Part shown: piece after piece, positions 9,161 through 20,078 of the stretch
Numbering within the stretch: the stretch's first letter is position 1
Layout: each line of letters starts with the position of its first letter
Virus record (IMG/VR): IMGVR_UViG_3300033463_000045
Span: 32,001-96,000 of that record
DNA from: a virus
Taxonomy: Duplodnaviria; Caudoviricetes
DNA length: 64,000 nucleotides
Reading direction: 5' to 3' (one strand)
Translations under genes and position numbers: made by a program
Notes under the pieces: generated by a model
Database searches by the model: none
Told to the model about the DNA's origin: nothing
What the model saw: only the letters and a program-made list of their open reading frames with translations

Positions 9161-10093
9161 ATGTCAAAAGTTTGTATAGTGGGAGATACGCATTTTAGTC
9201 CTAAACAACCTGTATCAAGAAAAGATAATTACCCAGAAACATTATTAAAGAAATTAGATAGCTTATTAGAATTATGTATAGATAATAATGTTAGAGATGT
9301 TATATTTTTAGGAGACCTAATTAATAATAATCAAATGACTATGGAATATTTTATTATTTTATATAGATATTTTTCTCAATTTAGTAAATTTAATATAAAA
9401 CTCCATACAGTAATAGGTAATCATGATATTAATCACGGCAATGAAGAGTTTTTAGATAAATCTCCATTAGCGATATTATTTGAATCCAAATTATTTAATA
9501 ATAAAGATTTTATAAGAGATAATTGTAAATTTACTTTAAAAAATTATTATGATACAATAGATAAATTAGAACCTATAAAAGAAGGCGGAGTAAATATATT
9601 AATAGGTCATTATTTTTATTTAAGTGGTTTTAATGATATATATCATACTTTATCTCCAGAAGATTGCAAAAGATTAGGTTATAATTATTATTTTCTAGGA
9701 CATGACCATACACCTTATGAATCATTAAGAATAAATGGTTATGAAGTTCATAGACCAGGAAGTTTTAGTAGAGCAACTTCTGATACTTGTCAAGTTACAA
9801 GAGATAATATCAAAGTTTGTTTATTTGATACTGAGACATTAGGAATATCATATTTAGATATACCAAATGTTTTACTTAGTAAAGATGTATATAAAGAATC
9901 AAAATTAATATCTAAATTAATAGATAAAGATAATATAGATACTACATTAAGTCAAGATATAGATGATTTAATTAATGATTTATCATTTGATTTTTCTGGA
10001 GACATTTATAAAGTATTAGATGAAATGAATTTAGAAGATAAAGTAAAAGATGCAGTAATTAAATATTTAGAGGAAGAGGGAATGTACAGATGA
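9161..10093 (+). CDS. sbcD: SbcD/Mre11-like metallophosphoesterase nuclease
   Basis: GDTH, LGDL, GNHD, GHDH, PGS motifs. Confidence 0.88.
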   Translation: MSKVCIVGDTHFSPKQPVSRKDNYPETLLKKLDSLLELCIDNNVRDVIFLGDLINNNQMTMEYFIILYRYFSQFSKFNIKLHTVIGNHDINHGNEEFLDKSPLAILFESKLFNNKDFIRDNCKFTLKNYYDTIDKLEPIKEGGVNILIGHYFYLSGFNDIYHTLSPEDCKRLGYNYYFLGHDHTPYESLRINGYEVHRPGSFSRATSDTCQVTRDNIKVCLFDTETLGISYLDIPNVLLSKDVYKESKLISKLIDKDNIDTTLSQDIDDLINDLSFDFSGDIYKVLDEMNLEDKVKDAVIKYLEEEGMYR

Positions 10094-10500
10094 TTTCAGA
10101 ATTTACAGGAGGATTTGTTATAGGAATATTAGTAGCATTATTTTTATTTTTCTTATTTAGAGATTTATTATTAAGAATGATTTTAAAGAGTGCTGTTCCT
10201 ATGATAAAAGATAATAAAACTGGAGATATAGTTGAATTTGAAGAATTTAGAGAAGATGCATTAAAGAATATAGAAACAGATTTAATATATAGTTATAAAT
10301 TATTAATGTTATTAAAGACAACTATCGCATTACTTTTAGAAAAAGAAACATTAGGTGAAGATGAAATAGAAGTAAAGATAAAAGAAGTTTTACAAAAGAA
10401 ACAATTAGAAATTATTGAAGCAGTAGAAGATTATAGAAAATTATTTGAAGCTAGAGGAATAGATATTGACTCAATTTTAAATAATAATAAAGAAGTTTAG
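10090..10500 (+). CDS. Membrane protein
   Basis: N-terminal TM helix. Confidence 0.65.
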   Translation: MISEFTGGFVIGILVALFLFFLFRDLLLRMILKSAVPMIKDNKTGDIVEFEEFREDALKNIETDLIYSYKLLMLLKTTIALLLEKETLGEDEIEVKIKEVLQKKQLEIIEAVEDYRKLFEARGIDIDSILNNNKEV

Positions 10501-10503
10501 GAT

Positions 10504-11652
10504 GTGATATTGATGAATAATGAATATAATTTTATAAGTGATTTAGAAATAAAAGATATAAAAGATTATTTGTCAATTAGTTCATCTGATTTTTTAAATA
10601 TATTATCACAAATAAATATAATTATTAATAATAGTAAATCTGCATCTAAATTAGCAAGAGGAATAGTATTAGAAATAATTAATAATAATCATATAAAAGT
10701 AATTTATCCAAATGAGCTATATTATTTTACTGCTAAATTAGATTGTATAACAACATTTGAAAATGGTACTCAGATTTATTTAAATCATTTATTTTTAACA
10801 AAGTTATCTAAATACTATGGAAATGTATTTTATATATTTAAATTTAATGATAAATATTATTTAAAATTAGAGACAGGAAATTTAGAGTTATTAAATCCTG
10901 AATTATTAGAATCAGAAAAAGAAAAGATAAAAAATAATTATGAAATAAAAAGTTATTATTCATCATATAAAGTAGGAGATATTTATAATAAATTAAAATC
11001 ATTACAAGCAATAACAGGTTTTGAAGTAGAAGAGAATAGAAAGTTTATAAATTGTAATAATAATATAATTACATTTAAGTCGCCTTTATTAATGGCAAAA
11101 TCTGAGTTTACTTTTTTAAATACAATATTAGATTATAAGTTATTAAATTATTTAATTTATATATGTAGTTTATCTTTAGCAGATGAAGATATAGAAATAT
11201 ATAATGTTGATTATAATATTATACCTAAATATGCTATTAAATTTAAAGATACATATTTAATATCAAATTACCCTGAAAGTAATCCTAATACTAGAATAAA
11301 TAATATATTTTTAGATTTACCAGAATTTACAGTAATAGATTATGCAAATCTAAAATATAAATTAGAATATGCTGATAGTATTATATATGCTAAAGGAATT
11401 GTAACATTTATAAATAAAGATGGAAAATTAGTAGGTAAGATAAAATTAAATAATAATTCAGATTCTGAAATAGAAATACCAACATTAAGTGAATTATACT
11501 TAAAACAAAATCAACAAATTAGAGTTAATTATAAAACATTATTAGTTGCTTTATCAGCATTAGATTCATCATTAGAAACATTCTTTGGTTTAAAAGATGG
11601 TTTATTATATATAATTAATAGTGATATAAGTTTAGCTTTATCAACATTTTAA
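10504..11652 (+). CDS. Probable divergent DNA sliding clamp (beta/DnaN-like)
   Basis: About 380 aa; C-terminal pattern IDYANLKYKL...VNYKTLLVALSALD resembles clamp domain III; clamp-loader genes nearby. Confidence 0.45.
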   Translation: MILMNNEYNFISDLEIKDIKDYLSISSSDFLNILSQINIIINNSKSASKLARGIVLEIINNNHIKVIYPNELYYFTAKLDCITTFENGTQIYLNHLFLTKLSKYYGNVFYIFKFNDKYYLKLETGNLELLNPELLESEKEKIKNNYEIKSYYSSYKVGDIYNKLKSLQAITGFEVEENRKFINCNNNIITFKSPLLMAKSEFTFLNTILDYKLLNYLIYICSLSLADEDIEIYNVDYNIIPKYAIKFKDTYLISNYPESNPNTRINNIFLDLPEFTVIDYANLKYKLEYADSIIYAKGIVTFINKDGKLVGKIKLNNNSDSEIEIPTLSELYLKQNQQIRVNYKTLLVALSALDSSLETFFGLKDGLLYIINSDISLALSTF

Positions 11653-11662
11653 GGAGGAAATT

Positions 11663-13105
11663 ATGAATACAAATGAATTAGGAACTAAATTATATGAAGG
11701 AGATGTAAAAGAATTATTTATAAATGCATCTACAAAATTATATAATTCAGTAGTACATACTTTAGGACCTGATGGTCTTAACTCAGCAATACCAACAAGT
11801 AATCAATATTTAAGTATAATTAATGATGGTAAAACAATTTTAGAGACATTAAGTTCTGGAGATATAGCAGAAAAATTAGCAATAAATACATTAAAAGAAT
11901 CTTCATTTGCTACTAATAAAAATGCAGGTGATGGAACAACAACTACAATAATAATGCAACATGAATTATTATATAATATTCAAAATTATAATATTAATAA
12001 TGAAGAACAAATAACAGCAACATATTTAACAGATTTAAGAGATGATTTATTAGAAAAATTAAAAGATTTTAAATTAGATATTAAATCAGATGATGATTTA
12101 AAAAAGATTATTACTGTTTCTTTAGGTTCAAATAAATTTACTGATACAGTATTTAATGCTTTTAGTAATTTATCTATAAGTCAGAAACCTACATTAGTAA
12201 AAGTAAATACAAAAAGCACAACAGATTATGTTGAAATAGATGGAGTAAATTTAGCTCCAGTAGAAGTTAATCCAGTAGTATTAAAATCAATTAGTCTTAG
12301 TGGAGATGAACCATTAAACGTATTAATATTAAATCAAGAAGTATCAAGAATAGATAACTCATTTGCTGCTTTATTAACTAAGATTAGTAAGAGTAATAAA
12401 AAGACAATATTATTATATACAGATATAAAACCAAGTGTTATGGACCAATTATTATATAATATTCAAGAAGGAGCATTAAATCTTATTCCTGTAAGATTAG
12501 CAATGCCAATAACTCAAATAGATGAAATAATTTCAGACCTTGAAGAATATTTTAATTGTAAAGCATTAAGTGATATGTTACCATATCAAACTAATCATAA
12601 TAATGAAGAGATTTTTGGAAAAGGAATCGGTTATATTTTAAATAAAGATTCTGTAATAATTAAGAATGATAATGAAGAATATAATAATAAAGAACATTTA
12701 GTTCCATCTCATTCTTCAGCAATAGAAATTGGATTTATTACATTTAGTCAACAAGATGAAGATTATAGAAGATTAGAAGATGCTGTACAATCTGCATATA
12801 ATGCAAGAAATTATGGTTATGTATTAGGAGCAGGTTATACTTATTATTGTTTAGGTTGTTTATTAGATGATATAGAAAAGAATAAACCTATAATAAGTGC
12901 ATTACAAACTATATTTAATAGATTATCTCCTATAGATATTAAAAAAGAAGAATTTATTATTTATATAAGAGATAATATATTTGATAGTTATAAAGTAGTT
13001 GAACAAGTAATATTAAATTCATTTACTGTAGTTGCTCAAATATTATCTACTAATTGTGTATTAGTTCCATACCAAAGAAATAGAATAAATGGAAATATAG
13101 AATAA
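11663..13105 (+). CDS. groEL: Chaperonin GroEL-like
   Basis: TLGPDG, INDGKTIL, AGDGTTT, LEDAV, GAG motifs. Confidence 0.88.
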   Translation: MNTNELGTKLYEGDVKELFINASTKLYNSVVHTLGPDGLNSAIPTSNQYLSIINDGKTILETLSSGDIAEKLAINTLKESSFATNKNAGDGTTTTIIMQHELLYNIQNYNINNEEQITATYLTDLRDDLLEKLKDFKLDIKSDDDLKKIITVSLGSNKFTDTVFNAFSNLSISQKPTLVKVNTKSTTDYVEIDGVNLAPVEVNPVVLKSISLSGDEPLNVLILNQEVSRIDNSFAALLTKISKSNKKTILLYTDIKPSVMDQLLYNIQEGALNLIPVRLAMPITQIDEIISDLEEYFNCKALSDMLPYQTNHNNEEIFGKGIGYILNKDSVIIKNDNEEYNNKEHLVPSHSSAIEIGFITFSQQDEDYRRLEDAVQSAYNARNYGYVLGAGYTYYCLGCLLDDIEKNKPIISALQTIFNRLSPIDIKKEEFIIYIRDNIFDSYKVVEQVILNSFTVVAQILSTNCVLVPYQRNRINGNIE

Positions 13106-13247
13106 TATATTGGCATTTATAATTATATTAACATTAAATTAGACATTCTTTTTCATAATGATAGTGATGTCGCCTCCAAAACATTTTAATTTTATATAAT
13201 TATAATGTAAGTCCAAGGCATATTGTGCATTCGTGCACTCCCTAATC

Positions 13248-13280
13248 AAAAGGTATTCATTTAATTATGAGTACCTTTTT
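13248..13280 (+). terminator. Intrinsic terminator
   Basis: AAAAGGTATTCAT-ttaatt-ATGAGTACCTTTTT. Confidence 0.75.
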
Positions 13281-13282
13281 AT

Positions 13283-13297
13283 TTCATAATATATAAT
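13283..13297 (+). promoter_or_regulatory. Class-1 motif
   Basis: TTCATAATATATAAT before SD. Confidence 0.8.
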
Positions 13298-13314
13298 ATA
13301 AGGAGAAATATTTT

Positions 13315-14487
13315 ATGGCAAAGAAAAAAGAAGAAAAAGATACAAATGAATTTTATGCTTTTTTAGAGAATAAGTATAAAGCATATTTTGAACCTGATGT
13401 ATACAAAACTGGAATTGTTGCATTAGATGAAGTTTTAAATGGAGGATTAGAAACTGGAAGCTTAATAGAATTATCATCAGAATCTCAAGCAGGTAAATCT
13501 ACTTTAGTATTGCATTTAGCTAAGAATTTTGCAGAAAAAGGATTAAAAACATTATATATTGACTCAGAAGGTTCTGTTAAAAATGATATGTTAAAAGGAA
13601 TAGGTTTATTACCTTATTTAAGTACAGCAGATAATAAAAGAAATATGTTTACTTTAGTAAGAGAAAGCGGTTATTCTAAAGTAGAAGAATTAATATCAAT
13701 GGCATTACAAAATGAAGATTTTAAATTATTTGTTATTGATAGTTTAACAGCCTTAACTTATGATGATTATTTAGATTTAGACTCTAAAAAAGATATAGTA
13801 GACCATCAAATAGGTTTAGATGCTAGATTAAATGGTAGATTATTAAAAAAATTAAATGCATTAAAAACAACTTATAATTGTATATTTATAATTATAAATC
13901 AAACAAGAACTAATATGGGTGGTTATGTTGTAACAAAAGAATCAACTGGAGGTCAAGCTGTTAAGTTCTATCCAGATGTTAGATTATTTATGAAAGTAAA
14001 AGAGAAGATTCAAGATGAAAAAGAATTAATTATCGGTAAACAAAAAATATATATTGGAGCAAATTGTACAATTGAAGCAAAGAAATCAAGAGTAGGTTCT
14101 GGTTTTATACAATTTCCTATTACAATTTATTATGGTAAAGGAGTAAGTAATTTAACAGCTTATGTTAATTTATTACCAACAATTAAAGTAAATGGAAAAC
14201 CTGTATTGAAACAACTATCTCCTGTATCTTATGAATTAAATGTTAATGGTAAAAAATATAATACATCAAAAGGTAAGAATGGTCTAAATACTTTAATTGT
14301 AGAACATTATGATGAATTAGTTCCAATAGTTGAAGAACATTTAGAGAATTTCTATAAAAAAGTAGCTGATGGTTTAACTGATATTGAAAGTGAAGAAATT
14401 ATAGAAGAAGTTCAATCTGAAGATTATGAATTAGACGATACATTAATTGAAGAGGAAAATGAACAAACAAATAATCAAATCGATTAA
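13315..14487 (+). CDS. recA: RecA/UvsX recombinase
   Basis: TGIVALDEVLNGG, SESQAGKST, YIDSEG, VIDSL, INQTR, TGGQAVKFY. Confidence 0.93.
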   Translation: MAKKKEEKDTNEFYAFLENKYKAYFEPDVYKTGIVALDEVLNGGLETGSLIELSSESQAGKSTLVLHLAKNFAEKGLKTLYIDSEGSVKNDMLKGIGLLPYLSTADNKRNMFTLVRESGYSKVEELISMALQNEDFKLFVIDSLTALTYDDYLDLDSKKDIVDHQIGLDARLNGRLLKKLNALKTTYNCIFIIINQTRTNMGGYVVTKESTGGQAVKFYPDVRLFMKVKEKIQDEKELIIGKQKIYIGANCTIEAKKSRVGSGFIQFPITIYYGKGVSNLTAYVNLLPTIKVNGKPVLKQLSPVSYELNVNGKKYNTSKGKNGLNTLIVEHYDELVPIVEEHLENFYKKVADGLTDIESEEIIEEVQSEDYELDDTLIEEENEQTNNQID

Positions 14488-14581
14488 TTATTTAATCGGA
14501 ATCATTTAGATATATTTACTGGAGGCATTTAGATGACCTCTGGTAAATGTTCTAATTAAAGTTATATAAATATATGAAAGG

Positions 14582-15685
14582 ATGATTAAAGTGCTAGTTT
14601 TAACTGAAAAACCGAAGACATTTAGAGAGATGGTAGGACAAGAATTAGTTAAAAAATCTTTATTAAAAATAAGTAAAAATCCAGAAACATCACCAAGAAT
14701 AATATTATTAAGTGGAGAATATGGAACAGGAAAAACTTTAGCTTCAAAAATATTTACTAGTGCTTTAAATTGTCCAAATAAATTAGCTGATGGAGATGCT
14801 TGTGGCAAAGAAGATTGTCCTATATGTGGACAAAAAATAGAAGAAAGCATGTTTTATGAAGAATATGATTCAGCGATTGTAGGTAATGTAGATACAATAA
14901 AAGAATTAAGAGGAACTTTTTATTTTGGTTATACAAAAGGTTATAAAGTTATTGTATTAGATGAATGTCAATTAATATCAAAAACAGCACAAGGAGCATT
15001 ATTAAAGATATTTGAGCATCCAGAACCAAATGTCTTTTTTATTATATGTACAACTGACCAAGATAAACTTCTGCAAACAATTGTATCACGTAGCCTAGTT
15101 TTATGTTATAATAAAATTAATTATAATGATATAGAGGAGTATTTGCATAAAATAGTTAATAAGTATAGTCAAAGGTGCAGTGAATTAAGCACAGATGAAG
15201 TAGATACAAATATTAAATTAATTGCAAGGAAAAGTCAAGGTCATATAAGGAATGCATTAATGTTATTAGATAATATGTTCTTATTAGGAAAAGATTTTAA
15301 AAATTTAATTAAAGATATAAGACCTCATTATTTAGAATTACTTTCAATGGGGTTAAATTATAATGATTATATAAAAAGATTTGATAAAAATGAAGTAGAT
15401 AAAAATATAAGTCGAATAATAAATGACTTATTATATTTCCCAATTTCAGAATTAAAAACCGAATATGAATTACTTGTTTTAGATATTAGCAAATATATAT
15501 TTAATATTAATAGTAATAATGAATTAGATAGTATTATAAGTAAGTTTAGAAATAATATTAAATTATTTAATATTTTAAATGATAAAGTTATTTATAATTT
15601 ATTTACTGATGACATACAATTTCAAATAGCGATGCTAATATTAATAAAAAATTTAAGTTCTTTAAAAATAAATAATGGAGGTTAA
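14582..15685 (+). CDS. dnaX: Clamp-loader ATPase, DNA Pol III gamma/tau-like
   Basis: PKTFREMVGQ, GEYGTGKT, LNC...CGKEDCPIC zinc site, LDECQ, ALLK, TIVSRS, GHIRNAL. Confidence 0.9.
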   Translation: MIKVLVLTEKPKTFREMVGQELVKKSLLKISKNPETSPRIILLSGEYGTGKTLASKIFTSALNCPNKLADGDACGKEDCPICGQKIEESMFYEEYDSAIVGNVDTIKELRGTFYFGYTKGYKVIVLDECQLISKTAQGALLKIFEHPEPNVFFIICTTDQDKLLQTIVSRSLVLCYNKINYNDIEEYLHKIVNKYSQRCSELSTDEVDTNIKLIARKSQGHIRNALMLLDNMFLLGKDFKNLIKDIRPHYLELLSMGLNYNDYIKRFDKNEVDKNISRIINDLLYFPISELKTEYELLVLDISKYIFNINSNNELDSIISKFRNNIKLFNILNDKVIYNLFTDDIQFQIAMLILIKNLSSLKINNGG

Positions 15686-16169
15686 AATGTTTGAAGATGA
15701 AAGTTCATTTGATATAATTGATAAAGCTATTAAGTCTGTTATTTTTAAATATAAAAATAGAGATTTTTATAATGATTTATATCAAGAATGTTATTGTAAA
15801 ATCTTAGAAATGTTAAAAAATAGTATGTATAATCCTATAATGAATTTATATGGTTATGCATATACAATTTCAAGAAATCAAGTAACATATTATATGTATC
15901 ATAATCATAATGTAAATAGAATAACGACTTTAAAAGAAGATAGATTATTTGACTCAATAGAATCTTCAGAAGAATTATTAGTTAATAATATTGAATTTAT
16001 AGATTTTGCAGATGAAATTATAAATCAATATTCTAATGTTATAGATAATGAATTTAAATCAGAAGACTTGCTTAATTTATTATATAAAGAAGATAGCGAA
16101 ATTGCGGAATTAAAATATAGAATTTTAAAAGGAGAGCTATTATGGAAGATAAGCAAGACAAGAACATAG
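15675..16169 (+). CDS. Sigma-factor-like protein (region 2)
   Basis: DLYQECYCKILE...YAYTISRN resembles sigma70 region 2. Confidence 0.55.
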   Translation: MEVKMFEDESSFDIIDKAIKSVIFKYKNRDFYNDLYQECYCKILEMLKNSMYNPIMNLYGYAYTISRNQVTYYMYHNHNVNRITTLKEDRLFDSIESSEELLVNNIEFIDFADEIINQYSNVIDNEFKSEDLLNLLYKEDSEIAELKYRILKGELLWKISKTRT

Positions 16170-16573
16170 ATAGAGAAGTTCAGTCGAGATTTTTACCAAT
16201 AGGCAACTTATCTCAAACTAAAAAGTTATCATATGACGATATATTAATTATGGCTGATATGCTTGTTCCATATAAAGAAATGATTTTACTTTTATTAGAT
16301 GTATTTAAATCTGAAGAAGAATTAATTAAATTTTTAGATTTATTTGCTGGAACTACTATTAAATTACCATCAAGAAGTAGAATTTATCATGTTATGGAAA
16401 ATATATCTATTTATAGATATTGGCAAAATCATATAACTGATGAAGACCCAGAAAAATCAACAGCAAAACATTTTAATATAACAAGACAATATGTTACTAG
16501 TATAATAGAAAGAGTTAATCATAGAGATAAACATTCTTTAGATATAGATAATATAACAAAATTAAATAAATAA
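16142..16573 (+). CDS. Mor-family-like transcription regulator
   Basis: KFLDLFAGTTIKLPS plus C-terminal HTH TAKHFNITRQYVTSII. Confidence 0.6.
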   Translation: MEDKQDKNIDREVQSRFLPIGNLSQTKKLSYDDILIMADMLVPYKEMILLLLDVFKSEEELIKFLDLFAGTTIKLPSRSRIYHVMENISIYRYWQNHITDEDPEKSTAKHFNITRQYVTSIIERVNHRDKHSLDIDNITKLNK

Positions 16574-16589
16574 TAAGGAGGTATAATTA

Positions 16590-18422
16590 ATGACAGCAGA
16601 AGATAAATTAATAAATGAACTAAAAGATATTAGTAGAACATCAAAAGCTGAATTAATTAGACCAATAGTTCCTATAGAAGAGTGGATTGATTCACCTTAT
16701 TATTTAGGAGACATTTGCTATACATTATATCCAAAATATAAACAACACTTAAAATCTATATTTGATTCAGAAAGAGACGAATCAGATTATATAGATGAAA
16801 TAATAATGAAGACTTCAATTGGTGGAGGTAAAACTTCTTTCATTAATGTTGTATTAATTAGAAAATTATATGAATTAAGTTGTTATTCAGATATTAGACC
16901 ATTATATAATTTAATGACATCAAAGAAATTATTAATGGTATATTTTTCTATAACTAAGAAAGTTGCTGAAGATACTGGTTATGCTCAATTAAGAAATATG
17001 TTATTAACAATTCCATATTTTAGAGATAACTTTTTACCTAATACAAAGAAAAGTTCAGATATAGAATGGCCAGATAAAAATATGGCTATTACTTCTGGTA
17101 GTAATGCAAATCAAGTTATTGGAACAGACGTTATCGCATCAGTAGTCGATGAAGGTGATTTCTATGGTAGTACAAGTGTTACACCAGATGGTCAAGCACT
17201 ATCTAAAGCACAATTATTATATACATCAATAAAACAAAGAGGTAGGTCAAGATTCATGGTTAATGGAATAAATCATTCATTAAATTGTGTATTATCTTCA
17301 CCTACATATGAATCTAGTTTTATAACTAAATTAATAAATAATTCAAGAGGAAATCCACATACTTATATAATAGAGGAAACATTATGGACAATAAAACCTA
17401 AAGGAACTTATTCAGATGTAATGTTTGTTGTATTTAAAGGAACCAATTTATTAGACCCACAAATAGTTGAAGATGCAAAATTTTATAATGAATTATTAGT
17501 TAGTTTATATAAGAAACCAATAGATATAAAAAATAAATCTATTAATGAGATATTAAAAGATTTACCAGAAGATATAAAACAATATTTTATAGAAATACCG
17601 ATAGACTTTTATGAAGATTTTAAACATGATTTATTAAAAGCATTACAAGATATTGGTTCTGTTGCGATCGCACCAGAAGGAAGATTATTTTCATCAAATA
17701 AATTCTATAATAAAGCATTATTAATAGATAACCCATTAATACAAGAAGAAATAACAATATCAACAAATAGATTAGATGAAAGAACAATTCAATCTTATTT
17801 TAAAGCAGATTATGTTCCTAAGCATCCAGAATTACCAAGATTCTTACATTTCGACCAATCATTAACAGGTGATGAAGCCGGTGTAGCTTGTAGTTATATA
17901 GAAACAAAAATAAATCCAGATAATACAATAGATAAAAAAGTAACAGTTGAATGGTTAATAAGAATAAAACCACCAAAGAAACCAGAACAAATAGATTTAA
18001 AGAAATTAAGAAGTATAGTTTATTATTTAAGAGATATATTACATTTAACAATAGGAAAGATAACTTTCGACTCATATGCTAGTGAAGAAGCTGTACAAGA
18101 TTTAAAATTACATAATTTTAATTGTTCTACATTATCAGTAGATAGAGATGATAAAGCATATCAAGCATTAGTTCAATTATATTATACAGAAAGTATAAAG
18201 CATCCAGAGCATCAAAGATACCATGAAGAATTATTTAGTTTAATATGGTATAGAGCTAAAAGGAAAATTGACCATCCTGCAATGATAGGAAATGATGTTG
18301 TTGGAGATAAAGGTGTTACAGATGCAGTTTGTGGTTCAGTATATAATGCATTATTAGATGCTGATGTAGTATATTCAAATTTAAGACAAGAAGATGCTAA
18401 ATCAGTATTAGATATTTTATAA
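16590..18422 (+). CDS. terL: Terminase large subunit
   Basis: Walker A SIGGGKTS, Walker B VVDE, LSSP coupling motif, nuclease HFDQS...FDSY...KIDHP...DAVCG. Confidence 0.85.
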   Translation: MTAEDKLINELKDISRTSKAELIRPIVPIEEWIDSPYYLGDICYTLYPKYKQHLKSIFDSERDESDYIDEIIMKTSIGGGKTSFINVVLIRKLYELSCYSDIRPLYNLMTSKKLLMVYFSITKKVAEDTGYAQLRNMLLTIPYFRDNFLPNTKKSSDIEWPDKNMAITSGSNANQVIGTDVIASVVDEGDFYGSTSVTPDGQALSKAQLLYTSIKQRGRSRFMVNGINHSLNCVLSSPTYESSFITKLINNSRGNPHTYIIEETLWTIKPKGTYSDVMFVVFKGTNLLDPQIVEDAKFYNELLVSLYKKPIDIKNKSINEILKDLPEDIKQYFIEIPIDFYEDFKHDLLKALQDIGSVAIAPEGRLFSSNKFYNKALLIDNPLIQEEITISTNRLDERTIQSYFKADYVPKHPELPRFLHFDQSLTGDEAGVACSYIETKINPDNTIDKKVTVEWLIRIKPPKKPEQIDLKKLRSIVYYLRDILHLTIGKITFDSYASEEAVQDLKLHNFNCSTLSVDRDDKAYQALVQLYYTESIKHPEHQRYHEELFSLIWYRAKRKIDHPAMIGNDVVGDKGVTDAVCGSVYNALLDADVVYSNLRQEDAKSVLDIL

Positions 18423-18437
18423 TTCATAATATATAAT
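18423..18437 (+). promoter_or_regulatory. Class-1 motif
   Basis: TTCATAATATATAAT. Confidence 0.8.
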
Positions 18438-18453
18438 ATAAGGAGTTGTTAAT

Positions 18454-18774
18454 ATGTATAGATTAATATTTTTAGATAATTCAATGTTAGAATTAAAAGA
18501 TTTAAAATCAATGGATGTAGAAACAAGTTTTTGGAATGGTCAAGGCAGACCTAAATATTTAAAATTAATATTTAGACAAAAGAAAAATCCAGATTTAAAT
18601 TTAGAGCAATTAAAAGAAGATTTTTATTCTAAACAATTAACAAAATTATTTATATATTCAGAAGATGGACAAAAATTAGAATATGAAATACCAATTCCAA
18701 CAAGAATTGATGTTGTAAATTATGCAGAAGAAAAATTAGAAGTAGGCTATGGAGACCCATTATATTATAAATAG
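18454..18774 (+). CDS. Hypothetical protein
   Basis: SD plus motif. Confidence 0.7.
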   Translation: MYRLIFLDNSMLELKDLKSMDVETSFWNGQGRPKYLKLIFRQKKNPDLNLEQLKEDFYSKQLTKLFIYSEDGQKLEYEIPIPTRIDVVNYAEEKLEVGYGDPLYYK

Positions 18775-18782
18775 AGGTAAAT

Positions 18783-19496
18783 ATGGAAGCATTAGATTTA
18801 AATTATAAACAAATTAAATGTTATTTAGATACTAAGACAATAGATTATAATGCATTATCTATATTACAAATGTTATACCCAACATATCAAACAGTTGATT
18901 CGACATTTAATATATACCCAGATATACCTTTTATTTATATAGGTGATTTAAAATATATAAATATTATTAATAATAGACCAGAACCACATATAATAGTTGC
19001 TACAACTGGAGAATATGATTTTACAGATAAAGAAACATTATTAAAAGTTGCTTATTTAAAGCATAATAAAAAGATACCAAAATATATATTAGAGATATAT
19101 AAAACATGGAGTAATGAACAATTTTATAATAACATTAAATATATAATTTTATTTGGAACTTCAATAGATAAAGAATTAAATAATAATATGGTTTTATTAA
19201 ATATAATTAATAATATAACAAATCCTATAAAAGTAATTAAATCATATTTAGAAGATATAGAAACAAATGATGTTATATATTTAGAAAATGATTTATTATC
19301 ATTTATAGATAGATGTAATAATTTAAATATAAATACTACAAAGAATAAAAAGACATTACAATTAAGAGCAAGATTTTATACAATGAGTAATAAAAATATA
19401 AAAGACGCTATTAATAATTTAATAGATTCAAATATAGATAATTTAGAATTAAGAAATTTAAATTTTATATTAGACTTAATTTGGTTAAATAGATAA
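18783..19496 (+). CDS. Hypothetical protein (possibly degenerate clamp-loader delta-like)
   Basis: ORF is solid; function is speculative. Confidence 0.6.
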   Translation: MEALDLNYKQIKCYLDTKTIDYNALSILQMLYPTYQTVDSTFNIYPDIPFIYIGDLKYINIINNRPEPHIIVATTGEYDFTDKETLLKVAYLKHNKKIPKYILEIYKTWSNEQFYNNIKYIILFGTSIDKELNNNMVLLNIINNITNPIKVIKSYLEDIETNDVIYLENDLLSFIDRCNNLNINTTKNKKTLQLRARFYTMSNKNIKDAINNLIDSNIDNLELRNLNFILDLIWLNR

Positions 19497-19508
19497 GGAG
19501 ATAAGACA

Positions 19509-20069
19509 ATGACAATTTTAGAATATTTACAGGAAAAGAATATATCATTTAAAGCTGCATCCCAGCAATTAGGAGTAGATTCATCTAATTTTAGTAAAGT
19601 TGTTAGAGGAAAAATACCAGTAAGTATCTTATTTTATAAAAAAGTAAAAACTTCTTTTTTAAAAGATTGTTCATTAGATGATTTAACATTTTCAAAAGAA
19701 TTGATAAATAAGAAACCTATTATAGATATGCAGGTTGAAGAAGAATTAAAAAATAGAAAAAATAAAGAATCAACTGAAATAAATGAAATAGATTTAAATT
19801 TTAGATTAGCAAATAAAGAAAATAATAATGAACAGAAAAATAAAATAATAAATATAGATAGAAATTTACCTAATGAAATTAAAGCTAAAACTGATGATAT
19901 GAAAAAGATAATTGAAGAAAATAAAAAATTATTTAGAATTAATTTCAAATATGCTACTCAATTACAAAATGCTTTAGATTGTTTAGATGATTTAGAAATT
20001 CAAATACAGATATTAAGAAATATTATTAATAGAGATAAATATTTGCAAGAATTACAAAATTTAAAATAG
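19509..20069 (+). CDS. XRE-type HTH protein with coiled coil
   Basis: ISFKAASQQLGVDSSNFSKVVRG. Confidence 0.7.
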   Translation: MTILEYLQEKNISFKAASQQLGVDSSNFSKVVRGKIPVSILFYKKVKTSFLKDCSLDDLTFSKELINKKPIIDMQVEEELKNRKNKESTEINEIDLNFRLANKENNNEQKNKIINIDRNLPNEIKAKTDDMKKIIEENKKLFRINFKYATQLQNALDCLDDLEIQIQILRNIINRDKYLQELQNLK

Positions 20070-20078
20070 AAAGAAGAA

